Source: Neophaeotheca triangularis (taxonomy: Eukaryota). From it: 64,000 nucleotides of DNA. The stretch is taken from the NCBI GenBank assembly GCA_054600435.1, contig BAAIJX010000008.1, positions 310,001-374,000 of the forward strand, in the 5' to 3' direction. A model generated the notes under the pieces. It saw nothing but the letters and a program-made list of their open reading frames with translations. It did no database searches and was not told the origin of the DNA. This document shows, piece by piece, positions 47,265-58,134 of the stretch. Both the position numbers and the translations under genes were made by a program. The stretch's first letter is position 1. Each line of letters begins with the position of its first letter.

Positions 47265-49784
47265 ATGGCGCCAAAGGCTAAACCTCCCGCCGCAGACCTA
47301 GCGGATGCCCTGAAGAAAAAGGGAGGACTCACTCTGACCCAACTCGCCGACTATGACGACCTCATCACCGACGCCCTGGTAGATAGGGTGTACTACTGGG
47401 CCAAGATCCGCAAACTCAGAGCCGCCTACCATCCCTCGCGTCGCATCAAGGAGCCCGACGTGTGCGAAATCTTGCGCGAGCAGGTCATCGTTCGCAAGGA
47501 TGCCGCGAAGGCGCAAGCCTTACTCTTGGCGCTGCCGGGTATTGCGCAGTACCACCAGTCGCGAAGCACCGCCGACGAAAAGGAGCACTTTGCGCGCCAT
47601 TTGCGCAAGTACGTCGACATCTACCTCCCGGACTGTCCTTTTGAAGTCGGGACCGTAAACCGGTACACCATCACTACACAAGAAGCCAGCATCATCGCCC
47701 GCAAACCGATCAAGAAGGGCCAGCCGATCAAATACTTGACTGGCATCCAAGTCAGCATGACCAAAGATGAGGAGAAGATTCTCGGCGACAACGACTTCTC
47801 CGTCATTCGCTCGAGTCGTAAGAAGCAGTCAAGTCTGTTTCTCGGGCCCGCGCGTTTCGCCAACCACGATTGCGATGCGAATGCCGATTTGCAGACCACG
47901 GGGAAGCATGGCATGTACATCAAGGCTGTCAAGGATATTGCCGTCGGCGAAGAGATCACGGTGCTTTATGGTGTGGATTACTTCGGGGCTGACAATTGCG
48001 AATGCTTGTGCGGGACTTGTGAGAATCTGAGGAGGAATGGGTGGGATCCTAGGGGACCCGTCATTTTCCCGGATACGGACGATGAGGAGGAAGAGGAGGA
48101 GGACATCAAGCCAAAATCGAATGCGAAGCAGATGAGTGGGAGGGCACGTAGTGAGACGCAGAAGAAGGGGCGCGAGGACTCGGAAGTCATCTCAAAAGCT
48201 ACACCTCCGAGCAAGAAGCGTAAAACGGAGCCACCGCCTGCGCGGGAAACGAAAGACACGCCAACCGCAGACTCAACTCAAGCTGCCTCCGGGGAGGAAA
48301 CAGTTCCAGCCAGGAGAGGAAGGGGACGACCAAAGAAGATACGATCCGAGGAGGAAGTGGCTCAAAAAACTCCAGAGCCAACGGTTCCAGAACCTGTAGG
48401 CCAGCATAGCGCATTTTCGAGCGCCAACGTTCTCACTGACATCGTCGAGATCTTGTATAGAGTGCATGATCGGATGAAGCAGGAACCCAAGGACGACGAA
48501 ACGCGAATGTCTGCTATTCCTGAAGCTAAACTTGCTTCCAAGCCAGCGGGCGAAGCTTCGACAGCAAACGCGCCATCGACTCGTGAGGAAAGCAAGGATA
48601 ACAAGCGCGCTCTGCCCAATCCCCCACACAGCGACCGACGCCGTAGCAGCAAGAGAATTAGAGGCGAAAACGTAGCTGAAGAAGCTTCCCGTCCTCTGAA
48701 GAAGTCTAAGCTTCAGCATATCAGCAAGACAAGCATCCAATCGCCTTTACGCAAAGTTACCAACGCAAAAGATGAAGCAGCAATCTACGACCAGATTGAG
48801 ACACCAGAGCCCGAGCCGGCTAAGAAACGAACGCTACCAATGCCATCTTTGCGCAAGAACGCCCGCTCTCGAGACGAGAGCTCCTCTACACCTCCATCAA
48901 CTCGCTCGAGCGATTCTCGACAGTCAGACGCATCCTCCGCAACCTCTCTAGATGATCGTCCCAACATCGCCCAGGGTATAGTAGCGCAATTGACCGGCAG
49001 CGTCGGTGAAGGCCCCGACCACTTCGACCCTTCAGAAATGCGCCGCCGACGCAACGCCATCAGCAGTGCTCGCCCTAGTGCCTCTCCCTCCGAAGAGGAA
49101 AGCAAAGACATCTTCGAGTTCGACGAAACCAACCAAGTCATCTCTCACCGACACCGCGCCGCCACCTCCGCCACTACAGCCACCACCCGAAGCACCACCA
49201 AAATCGCTACCGAAAACTCTTCCAAACCCACAGCGCCCACACCACCAATCCCCGAACCCGCGAAAAAGCGACACCTAACCCGCTCAAGCTCCGCCCGCGA
49301 CTCCCTCCAACCCGCCACCACGGCCATCAACACGATCGAACTGCCTACCGACCCTGACTCCGACGACGAAAACATCATCCGCGGCACCCCGCGTATCCCT
49401 GGCGACTACCTAGAATTCATCCCCACGCTATACAACAAATGGACCGACTGCCAAAACTGCGAGCAACTGTTCCTGCAAGGCGAGAAATTCCAAACGCGTA
49501 TCTTGTGTCAGGGCTGCGAGAGGCATGGCAAGCTGTATGGCTATGAGTGGCCGCGGACGGAGGAGCGCTGGGTGGGGGAGGAGCGGAAGTGGGATGCGAG
49601 GGGTTGGTGTCCTTTCAGGAGGCCGGAAGAGGTTCGAAGGGAGAAGAGAGATGGTAGTCGGAGAGAGAGTCGGAGTGGAGGCGGGAGTGATAGTGTTGTT
49701 GCGCCCACGCCGGGGGTGGAGAGTGAGGAGGTGGAGAGGGGAGGCCGGAGGTTACGGAGGGGAAGGAGTGGCGTAGGGCTGTAG
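47265..49784 (+). CDS. SET9: Histone H4K20 methyltransferase Set9 (Suv4-20 family)
   Basis: LADYDDLITDALVD, YLPDCPFE, LGPARFANHDC, GEEITVLYG..FG..NCECLCGTCE post-SET, and C-terminal CERHGKLYGYEWP. Confidence 0.92.
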   Translation: MAPKAKPPAADLADALKKKGGLTLTQLADYDDLITDALVDRVYYWAKIRKLRAAYHPSRRIKEPDVCEILREQVIVRKDAAKAQALLLALPGIAQYHQSRSTADEKEHFARHLRKYVDIYLPDCPFEVGTVNRYTITTQEASIIARKPIKKGQPIKYLTGIQVSMTKDEEKILGDNDFSVIRSSRKKQSSLFLGPARFANHDCDANADLQTTGKHGMYIKAVKDIAVGEEITVLYGVDYFGADNCECLCGTCENLRRNGWDPRGPVIFPDTDDEEEEEEDIKPKSNAKQMSGRARSETQKKGREDSEVISKATPPSKKRKTEPPPARETKDTPTADSTQAASGEETVPARRGRGRPKKIRSEEEVAQKTPEPTVPEPVGQHSAFSSANVLTDIVEILYRVHDRMKQEPKDDETRMSAIPEAKLASKPAGEASTANAPSTREESKDNKRALPNPPHSDRRRSSKRIRGENVAEEASRPLKKSKLQHISKTSIQSPLRKVTNAKDEAAIYDQIETPEPEPAKKRTLPMPSLRKNARSRDESSSTPPSTRSSDSRQSDASSATSLDDRPNIAQGIVAQLTGSVGEGPDHFDPSEMRRRRNAISSARPSASPSEEESKDIFEFDETNQVISHRHRAATSATTATTRSTTKIATENSSKPTAPTPPIPEPAKKRHLTRSSSARDSLQPATTAINTIELPTDPDSDDENIIRGTPRIPGDYLEFIPTLYNKWTDCQNCEQLFLQGEKFQTRILCQGCERHGKLYGYEWPRTEERWVGEERKWDARGWCPFRRPEEVRREKRDGSRRESRSGGGSDSVVAPTPGVESEEVERGGRRLRRGRSGVGL

Positions 49785-50475
49785 AGATACTTCTGAAGGG
49801 GCCCTGGCGATACGGGAGCTCTCGAGGCAAAGACCTCCGACGCTGGCGAGTCTTTGCGGAAAGCCGTTGTATCCTTTCAGCTGTAGCGCACGCGTCTCAA
49901 AGGCGTTCCCGCTCGGGAAATGCTCGTATTGGTACCCATCACAGCCATGACGCATATCTAAACAATTGCCATCAAACTTGAACGATTCGTCTCCGGTCCC
50001 CCTGAAATAGACTCTCAACCACAACCAGTCGTCCACGCTCTCTTCGCTCGAAACAATGATCTTACTCTTCCACAAGACTCGTTCGTCTTTTTGTGAGAAT
50101 GGAGCCAGCATAATTTGTCTTCGGCTAACTACGATTCTCAAGTTCTAATCGCTCGTCACGATATATGGCTGCTAGACGTGACCAGTTGAAAACGAGATCA
50201 TCGACAACAGGAGCAGAAGAGCAGCGCCCTCAACTTCCACTGAGCTAATATCGCCTAGCGAAAAGGGATGCTGTTGTGACATCCAGTCCACAGTAGAAAG
50301 GCCCCCATACACCAAGGCGCCTCCGTTTCTGTAGCATGTGGTGTAGAAAACCCCGGAACGCCGCAGTGATAGTAGCATAATACTGTTGTCAGCGGTCTTG
50401 ACTCTGACCGTCCTGCTATTCGAACAAAACAGCAGCACAGCAAAGCAAAAGTGCAAAGACCAGCTCTTCACCCGG

Positions 50476-50750
50476 AAAAAGTTCGAGAAAGGGTCAGCGC
50501 CAGCGAAAAGAGCAAAACCTGAGTCTCTTCACCCGTATCTAAGCCCTAGAATATGGGAGTGAAGAGCCAGTAAACACGTTTAGCCCACCTAGCCAAGCAT
50601 TAAGGGCGGGCACCTTCTTTTACTCTAGCATTTAGAATCAAGAAGGCCGGTTTCTACCAGGACGGGAATCGAACGAACGACCCCCGCCTAGTAGGGGAAA
50701 GGGGAGGGGGGACACACTCGCCCCACTAGACCATAAGTCTTCCGGGTGCA
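50476..50750 (-). ncRNA. Candidate Pol III-transcribed structured ncRNA or tRNA-derived SINE-like unit (not a canonical tRNA)
   Basis: Minus strand: TATA at ~50779-50788, A box TGGTCTAGTGG (50733-50723), B box GTTCGATTC (50674-50666), several stem-loops and a T5 run at 50480-50476. Boundaries are approximate. Confidence 0.5.
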
Positions 50751-51589
50751 AGTGTGATGGGGGAATTGCGGTGCTTGTTAAATATATAGCTTTATTTTTG
50801 AATGACTTACTCCTGGCATTGCAGAGTGAAGTCTACCCAGAGACAGCTTGCAACTGGCAAAGTTAGCCGGTCTTGCTGACGGCTGACCTGCCCTTTTCTG
50901 GCCCTTCTGGTGGCTTGTCTTTCTCTACGGAAGTGAAGAGGGAAGCTCTTTTGTTACCCATCACACTGGACGTATTTACGAGCCTCGTAATCCGCTAAGG
51001 GAATGGAAATCGGCCAGACAACCGCATGCTTCTCTTCACAGCTCGTAGGCGCTGCTCGCTTCTGCACATCGAGGTGCAGAGGATAGGTCGAAGATGCCGA
51101 CCCGGGAGGGGAAAGCGTCGACGGGATTGGGGCTTGCATCAAGTCTGCCGCTGCGGCTTTGAGAGCTGACGGTAGGCTGGTAACGATCTTGGGTAGGACG
51201 CTTTCGACTAGTGTGCTGATAATGGACTTACTGTAGCGAGTATTGAGGTTCTTGCGCCTAGAGTTTGTGGTGCACACTGATCTGTGCTACTGCCTGCCTC
51301 GATAAAGACCTGCGAGCGAGGTCTACAGGGAGGTAATTTTCGAGCTGGTCTTCGGACATGTGATCGAGTTGGTGATGTGACCTTGTGATGTTACAGCGAA
51401 CAAAGGGAGATTGTGCTACTACCTACCGCCGCATAGTAACTAGTTCAGTGCAGTCCGCAAGGGGCGCTAGGATATACAATTGGTAGCCTGAGCCCACGAG
51501 ATTACCGCAAGCTACAATGTGCGCTGTTCAAGACCACCCCGCAAAACCCTCTCCCGCTAAGCAAGACCGGGTGCCTATGGTAACCAATC

Positions 51590-52777
51590 ACTGAGCGTAG
51601 TAATCAACGAATTCGGGCCCATATCATCTCAGAACCGTCTCTATAACTTCGGATTCACTCGCGCAGCTGGCTTTTACCCAGACTAACCTACCGAGGGTAA
51701 AGAAAGCTTGAGACCTCGCTGTCACTTGTACACCTTCTCGCTCTGTCCTTAGCGCCCGCACATGCTCTGGTATGTAGTTCCTTGTCTACGAAACTGTCAT
51801 ATTCAGCGGCAAGCTCTGAAAGAAGGGTATGGAGTACCTGACACTGCTGTCAGGGCCGGGCGCTATCACGCGGTGGGTTGTCGCTTTGACAGCGCCCTCT
51901 GTCGCGGCTTCGAAAGCGTTGCCAAAGTTAACGACGAAGGTGCCGGGTACGGGCGGTGCTCTTAGCCATGTAACGTCCGAGCCCAGGACTTCTAGCCCTT
52001 CTTCTTCACCTACTCCTACTTGATACAGAAACGTGAGCCAGCCGGTGGAGTCTTTGTGCGCTCCAACGCCTTGGGAGCGGCTAGATGCGCTTGTAGGTGG
52101 GTACCGTAGGAGCTTGATGCGGTGCTGTGGCAATAGTGTTGCCGAAACAGTGGAAGAATATCTACCCTTGGGGTCACGAGATGTTGCTTCCTGAAAAAGT
52201 GATCGAAAGTGCCAACGGGTATATCAAAAGCTTCTTTGATAAGATGGACGAAGCGGTGGGATAGCGCCTGGACCTCGTCATGGTACCTGGTCAGCGCCTC
52301 TCTGAAGCCCGGGAGGACGGAAGGCTTCGGCCACTGGTTCGGGCCTCGAAGGCCAAAATAGGGTGGAGTCCCTCCGAACCCGATGTCTGAGCCAATTTCC
52401 CCGCCTACAGCTTCTAGCCTCTTGCCATCAGGACAGATAATCTCACGTACTGCGGGGAGTTCCGTGGCAAAATCAAACTGTTCTCTCAAGTCTTGCTTGC
52501 CAAGCGTGGTCTCTTCGGCGTAACCAGAGTAACCGAGAAAGTGACAGCTGTTCAGCTTGCTCATTGCCTTTTTCTCCTCAGTAGAGAGGTCGAAGAGCGA
52601 CGGTAGCACCGACACCAGATCGTCTATGGCATCTTGTTAGACGCCATGATTCTTGATGTCCAAAAAGCCAATGTCGAAGAGGGCAGTGTGAAGCTGCCCC
52701 AGAAGCTCCCAGTTTTTACTCGAGCCTTGTGACAATGAGAGATCTAGAAGTGTGATTGTGTTTTGGTCCGATGTCAT
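51590..52777 (-). pseudogene. Disrupted 2-oxoglutarate/Fe(II) dioxygenase (IPNS/DIOX_N family)
   Basis: ALFDIGFLDIKNHG, FLGYSGYAEETT..DLREQFDF, GPNQWP, HKDSTGWLTFL, VVNFGNAFE..ATTHRV..RYSIPFF. In-frame stops at 52637, 51786, 51688 and 51655 plus frameshifts. Confidence 0.85.
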
Positions 52778-53715
52778 GGAAGCCGTTTGTTTCTCAATGC
52801 GGATGATCAGCCGACCTATAATCTCGTACTCCGTGGGGCTAGATTCCACTCTCGAATCGCAAAGTCAGGGTCCGCAACGATTAACCCCCAGTTATTTGAG
52901 TAGTAGCAAACCCCCGTCAAATGTCTGATTTTCTGTCAAGGCGAGTCGCTGTATTGGAATTAGCTTAGCCAGGGCGATAGCGATGTAGTAGTAAGCAGTT
53001 CGAAGAGCCGGTTCGTAGGTCGCCTGAAGGCAATCTACGTCACTCAGGGGCGTTGTTGTCCGATCGACCAAAGTAAGGCTCAATGATACTACATTCTGAG
53101 ATATTGCTGATAAGCAATCGCATGTCTCCGGCTACCACCAATCGCGCAAAGGTGGGTGGTAAGAGAGAAAGGACGGGTTGGGGAGGTGAGGTTAAAATAA
53201 AAGCGGGTACGTTAAGCCACTTTGAGCGGGCTTGGCATCCATGGATTAGAAGGAGGCCGTTCTCGCTGCTCTGGCTTGTCAGGTATTCTGGACTCTATGA
53301 CCCCGACCACTAGCATGGATGCAATCATGAGAGAAGATACCTTGTAGAAGGTTGTCCCCTATACCTCTGTAATAAGGTTGCCACTCCGCTCTTCAGGCAT
53401 ACTTCCTCACGTCTCCCGGCGCACAAAGGGAAATGTAAGTACTGCGCCCATCCCCATCTTCTTGCCCCAATGTCCATCTCTCTTGCCTCTACTTATCCGT
53501 ACGTATACCTTCGTTCGATGAAAGTTGCCCAGTGCGGTTGTGAAGCCAACTTTTAGACTCTTGTGCATTGTTCCCAGCAGCGTAAAGCAAAGCACCTTCC
53601 TCCATACCACCTCACGTGAGCTCCCAACCGTTGCCATCACAACAGCTACACCAACACCGACCGGGCTCCTTCTCAAATTCGTGACATCGGCCAAGAAAAC
53701 ATCAACCCTGCCAAA

Positions 53716-55690
53716 ATGACTCTCTCTTGGTTGATCCCGGCCATTTTCAGGACGCCTAACCAACACGACTACACCAACGCAACTATACCACTGCACCAGA
53801 GGCACGACGATGGAGCAGACTCGGCTGCCTGGAGCGACGAGGAGAGTGCGCCAGGGAGGAGTATGAGCGGCTCGTCAATCGGTAGCGTCAGAGCACTAAA
53901 GACTCTGAACGATGAAGTTGACGTGAAGATCGCCGACTCGGGTAAAGGTAGCAGTGTTTTAGGGCGCCAGACCGCCGCACTAGAGCTCGCGATCGATGAT
54001 GTTGGCATGGGGAGATACCAAAGGCATCTCTTCATAATGTGTGGATGCGGCTGGGGAGCTGATAAGTAAGTGTTCATACTCCTAAAGGTTTTGTACTGGG
54101 TTAGTCGCTAATCCAATGACCACAGCCTCTGGCTGAATGTGAGTCGACCACCAATAAGAGACTGCGACTAGATAACCGTGTTCCTTTGTCAAAGCTAACG
54201 GTGTTTGCCAGGGACTTGCGCTTTGCCTACCTTCCATGGCTACATCGTTCGGTGTCGACAGCACCGAGGTCAAGTTCGCGACTCTAGCTTTAACAGCCGG
54301 GCTGTGTCTAGGAGCCTTGTGTTGGGGCGCCTTGTCGGATATGCAGGGCCGCAAGTGGGCATTCAACGGCACGCTGCTAATGGTCGCAGTCTTCGGTGGC
54401 TTTGCTGGACTCGCCGAGAGCCTGGTTACTGCGTGCCTGCTATTCGGATTCCTCGGATTTGGCTTGGGAGGCAATCTTGTAGTTGATGGTACGCTGCTTC
54501 TGGAATTCTTGCCCGCGCGGAAGAAGAGCCTCCTGGTGAGTTTTTCTCTTTTCCATGATTTTTTCTTTTTTCGTCTCTCGGCACGATCTCAGCTAATGGC
54601 TCTCTAGACGTGGCTGTCTATCTCCTGGGCCATTGGAGCTGTGCTGGCCGCCTCTGTGGCATGGGTGATCATGCCTGATGATTCCTGCACCACCGAGACC
54701 ATGACGAGCGAGAGCCTTTGTGTAGAGGGAAGTAACGAAGGGTGGCGGTGGCTCCTTTACGCTTTGAGCGGGCTTACGTTTTTCATGTGGGCATGGCGAT
54801 TCTTCGTATTCCACGGGTTCGAATCACCCGCTTTCCTCCTCTCGAAAGGTCGCACGGCCGAGGCGGCCGGCGTCGTACGAGGACTCGCAGATCAGAACTC
54901 ACGCTTGACCTGGCTGACGGTGGGAATCTTGACGGAAGTTGGCGACGCACACGAAGTGATCCCCGAGACTACCCCTGGTCGCTGGTCGAGCAAGATCAAA
55001 CCTCTTGCGCAGCTTCTCGGCGGCAGCAAAAAGCTACGCCAAAACACCATCCTGCTTTGGACAGCCTGGGCACTGATCGGTCTGGCATTTCCTTTGTACA
55101 ACTCCTTCCTCCCGCAATACCTCGCCAGCGCCAAGAGTAGCGATTCGACACACCTTGAACAGACCTACGAAGATTACGCCATCATTTGCTTTGTCGGCCT
55201 ACCGGGTGCTGTGGCCGCGGCAGGGTTGCTGAAAGTGCCCCGTCTCCGACGTAAAGTCACCATGGGAATCGCCGCCGCCATTACGGGAGCTCTTACCTTC
55301 GTCCTCACCGCATCGCCAGACTCAAAATACCACCTAGGCGTTGCATCAGTGCAGGCATTCTTCCAGAACATCATGTACGGCACTCTTTACGCCTACACCC
55401 CGGAAGCCTTCGGACCAGCCAATAGAGCATCTGGCGTGGGTATTGGCAGCTCAATCAACCGGTTGTTCGGTATTGCGGCACCGATAATTGCCATCTTTGC
55501 AAGCGAGTCAAATCCGAAGATCTCCATGTATGTCTCAGGAGGCCTTTTCATCGTCTCATGCGGCGTGATGCTCGCACTGCCCTTCGACGCAAAGGTTAGC
55601 AGGCCAATCGAAGCAGCACAGCGCTCGGAGCAGTCAGAGGTGGAGAGCCAAGTGGAAGTGGAAGTAGTGTCTGCGGTGGAGGTAAAGTAG
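53716..55690 (+). CDS. MFS transporter (SV2/sugar-transporter-like)
   Basis: DVGMGRYQRHLFIMCGCGWGADNLW, WGALSDMQGRKWAFN, GGNLVVDGTLLLEFLP, GWRW, ESPAFLLSKG and YGTLYAYTPEAF. Introns at 54066-54125, 54139-54211 and 54536-54607. Confidence 0.9.
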
Positions 55691-56039
55691 GAAGAGGTTT
55701 GATTAGATGCCTTGGTTGTTGAAATGCGAGATACCCGCGGCGGCCTGGCGTTTCTGCTATTCCAGCGTAGTGTAGCAATAAGTAATTGTACATCTACCTT
55801 TCGATTTCGATATCCGTGGGACTGTGACACTGTGTGTCCTGCATGCTGTCTGTTTTCTGCACTGTTCACTGAAAGAGGGGCCAAATCCATCAGGGGGCCC
55901 CGCCAAGCCAAGGCATCGGCGGGGCATCGGCGGGGCAAACCCAGTGTTTTGAGGTGTACTTTTTCACGCCCACCCTCGACTTCAAACTTCTTCTACAAAA
56001 TGGCTCGCTCAATTGACAGATCACTAATCAACCGCCAAC

Positions 56040-57377
56040 ATGGCCACCGTAGTTTTGGGTTCGCAGTGGGGTGACGAAGGCAAAGGCAAAATCGTAGACG
56101 TCCTGTGCGAGAATGTAAAGCTAGTCGCGAGAGCGCAGGGAGGCCGTGAGTACCATGGTCCCTATCAAAGACCGCACTAGAACGCTGCTAATTCGAATGC
56201 GCTGATAGACAATGCCGGCCACACTATTGTCAAGAATGTCGCTGGCAAGAAGGAGACGTTTGACGTCCACATTCTCCCCTCCGGCGTGCTCACCGACGGC
56301 TGCGTTAACCTCATCGGTACCGGATGTGTCATCTACGTTCCAGGCTTCTTCAAAGAGATCGATACCGTCGAGGCAAAGGGCATCAACACAAAGGATCGTG
56401 TCTTGATCAGCGACCGCTGCCACGTGGATCTCGACCTGCACTCCAAAGTCGACGGGTTGGAGGAGGTGGAACTCGGAACGAGCAAAGTGGGCACAACAGG
56501 CAAAGGCATTGGCCCGACATACTCGACCAAGGCCTCGCGCTCCGGCATCCGCATGTCGGAAATCTTCGACAAACCACGCTTCGACGCCAAATTGCGGCAC
56601 CTGGCCCAAGGCTACCAGAAACGATACGGTTCGCTGCTCTCCTACGACCCGGAAGAGGAAATCGCCCGCTTCGACAGCTACCGCTCGCGCCTGGCCGAGT
56701 ACGTCATCGACCAGGTGCAGCTGATCGAGAACGCCGTCAAGACCAACACGCCCATGCTGGTCGAAGGCGCCAACGCTCTCATGCTCGACATTGACAACGG
56801 CACTTACCCCTTCGTCACCTCGTCCAACACGGGAATCGGCGGCATCTTCACCGGTCTGCACCTCAGCCCGCGCTACATCAAGGAAACCATTGGCGTTGTC
56901 AAAGCCTACACGACCCGCGTCGGCAGCGGCCCCTTCCCGTCAGAACAACTCAACCCCATCGGCGAGAAACTGCAAGAAATCGGCAAAGAGTTTGGAGTCA
57001 CGACTGGGCGTCGCCGGCGCTGCGGCTGGCTCGACCTCGTGCTAGTCAAGTACTCGCACGCCATCAACTGGTACGACAGCTTCAACCTCACCAAGCTAGA
57101 CATCCTGGACGATTTTGAAGAAGTAAAAGTCGCGACGAGCTACGTGCACAACGGCGTCGAGATGACGTCTTTCCCCGCCGATTTGGCCGTGCTCGAGCAG
57201 ATGGAGGTCAAGTACACGACGCTGCCCGGGTGGAAAGCGAACACGATGAATTTGACAAAGTGGGAGGATTTGCCCGAGAATGCGCGCAAGTATGTTGAGT
57301 TTATTGAGGGGTTTGTTGGTGTCAGGGTCAAGTACATCGGTACTGGGCCGGCGCAGGATGCTATGATTGTGAGGTAG
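56040..57377 (+). CDS. ADE12: Adenylosuccinate synthetase
   Basis: [19 protein letters not shown] (across intron 56146-56208), [31 protein letters not shown] and [16 protein letters not shown]. Confidence 0.98.
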
Positions 57378-57857
57378 TGGACTAGGTCTGGGGGCTTGAT
57401 GTGTGGTCGAAAGCTCGTGCGCAAACGATAAGACGTTTTATAGATTTTCATAGATCGATTCAAGTTGCTTTTATGACTGAAGGATCACCCGTACTTGTAT
57501 GTAATGCTTACCGAGCATAGCAGCACCGACATGACTTCATGAAACGTAAGATTCGGGAAATTCTGGTGATGTCTCTGTTTCCCGTGAGACATCTCAGTCG
57601 TTGCAGAGAAACATGTGGAGCGTACGAAGACGAGGCAAGATACTGAGAGAGAAGTTTAAACCTCCGTACCAGCTATCTGTAAGGAAAGGGTACAACAGAG
57701 CAAAAATACGCAGCACGCTTGACCATCCCGCACAACGCTCGCTATACACCCCATCAAAAGCCCCGCCCCTCAACACGCCCCAACACCGAAAGAACAAACG
57801 CCGATTTTTTTTTCTCTCGCAATGATGTGATTAAGGCTTAGCTCTGGGCAGCATTTG

Positions 57858-57886
57858 CTTTGGGTCTGTTTGGGTCTGTTTGGGTC
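57858..57886 (+). repeat. (TTTGGGTCTG)~3 tandem repeat
   Basis: Directly visible between the convergent ADE12 and NAP1 3' ends. Confidence 0.75.
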
Positions 57887-58134
57887 GTAGTGGGTCGGTC
57901 GGGGAAGTCGTGGGGCGGACATCTTTAAAAAGTGTGGTGTGATGTGTGTGATAGAAACGCCGTCAATGCATTAGTCTCGTCAAGGAGCGTGAAAGCCCGC
58001 CTAGCTGAGTAGTGGTAGCCGGCGGGCATGTGCAAAATGGGGAGGGTGTGAAATGGTCGTCGGATGGGGATTGTCGTATGAAGAGCGGGGGAGTTCATCG
58101 AAAGGTGGGAGAATGCTCAGCAAAAGATGGGTAT

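Noticed and set aside
50654..50740. Canonical tRNA gene
   Set aside because: A and B boxes are present, but acceptor and T stems do not base-pair and no anticodon arm is evident. Kept only as a Pol III-type unit.
52127..52167. 41-nt GTAGAT..CACAG intron rescuing the dioxygenase frameshift
   Set aside because: Very short with no good branch site, and independent in-frame stops still inactivate the gene.
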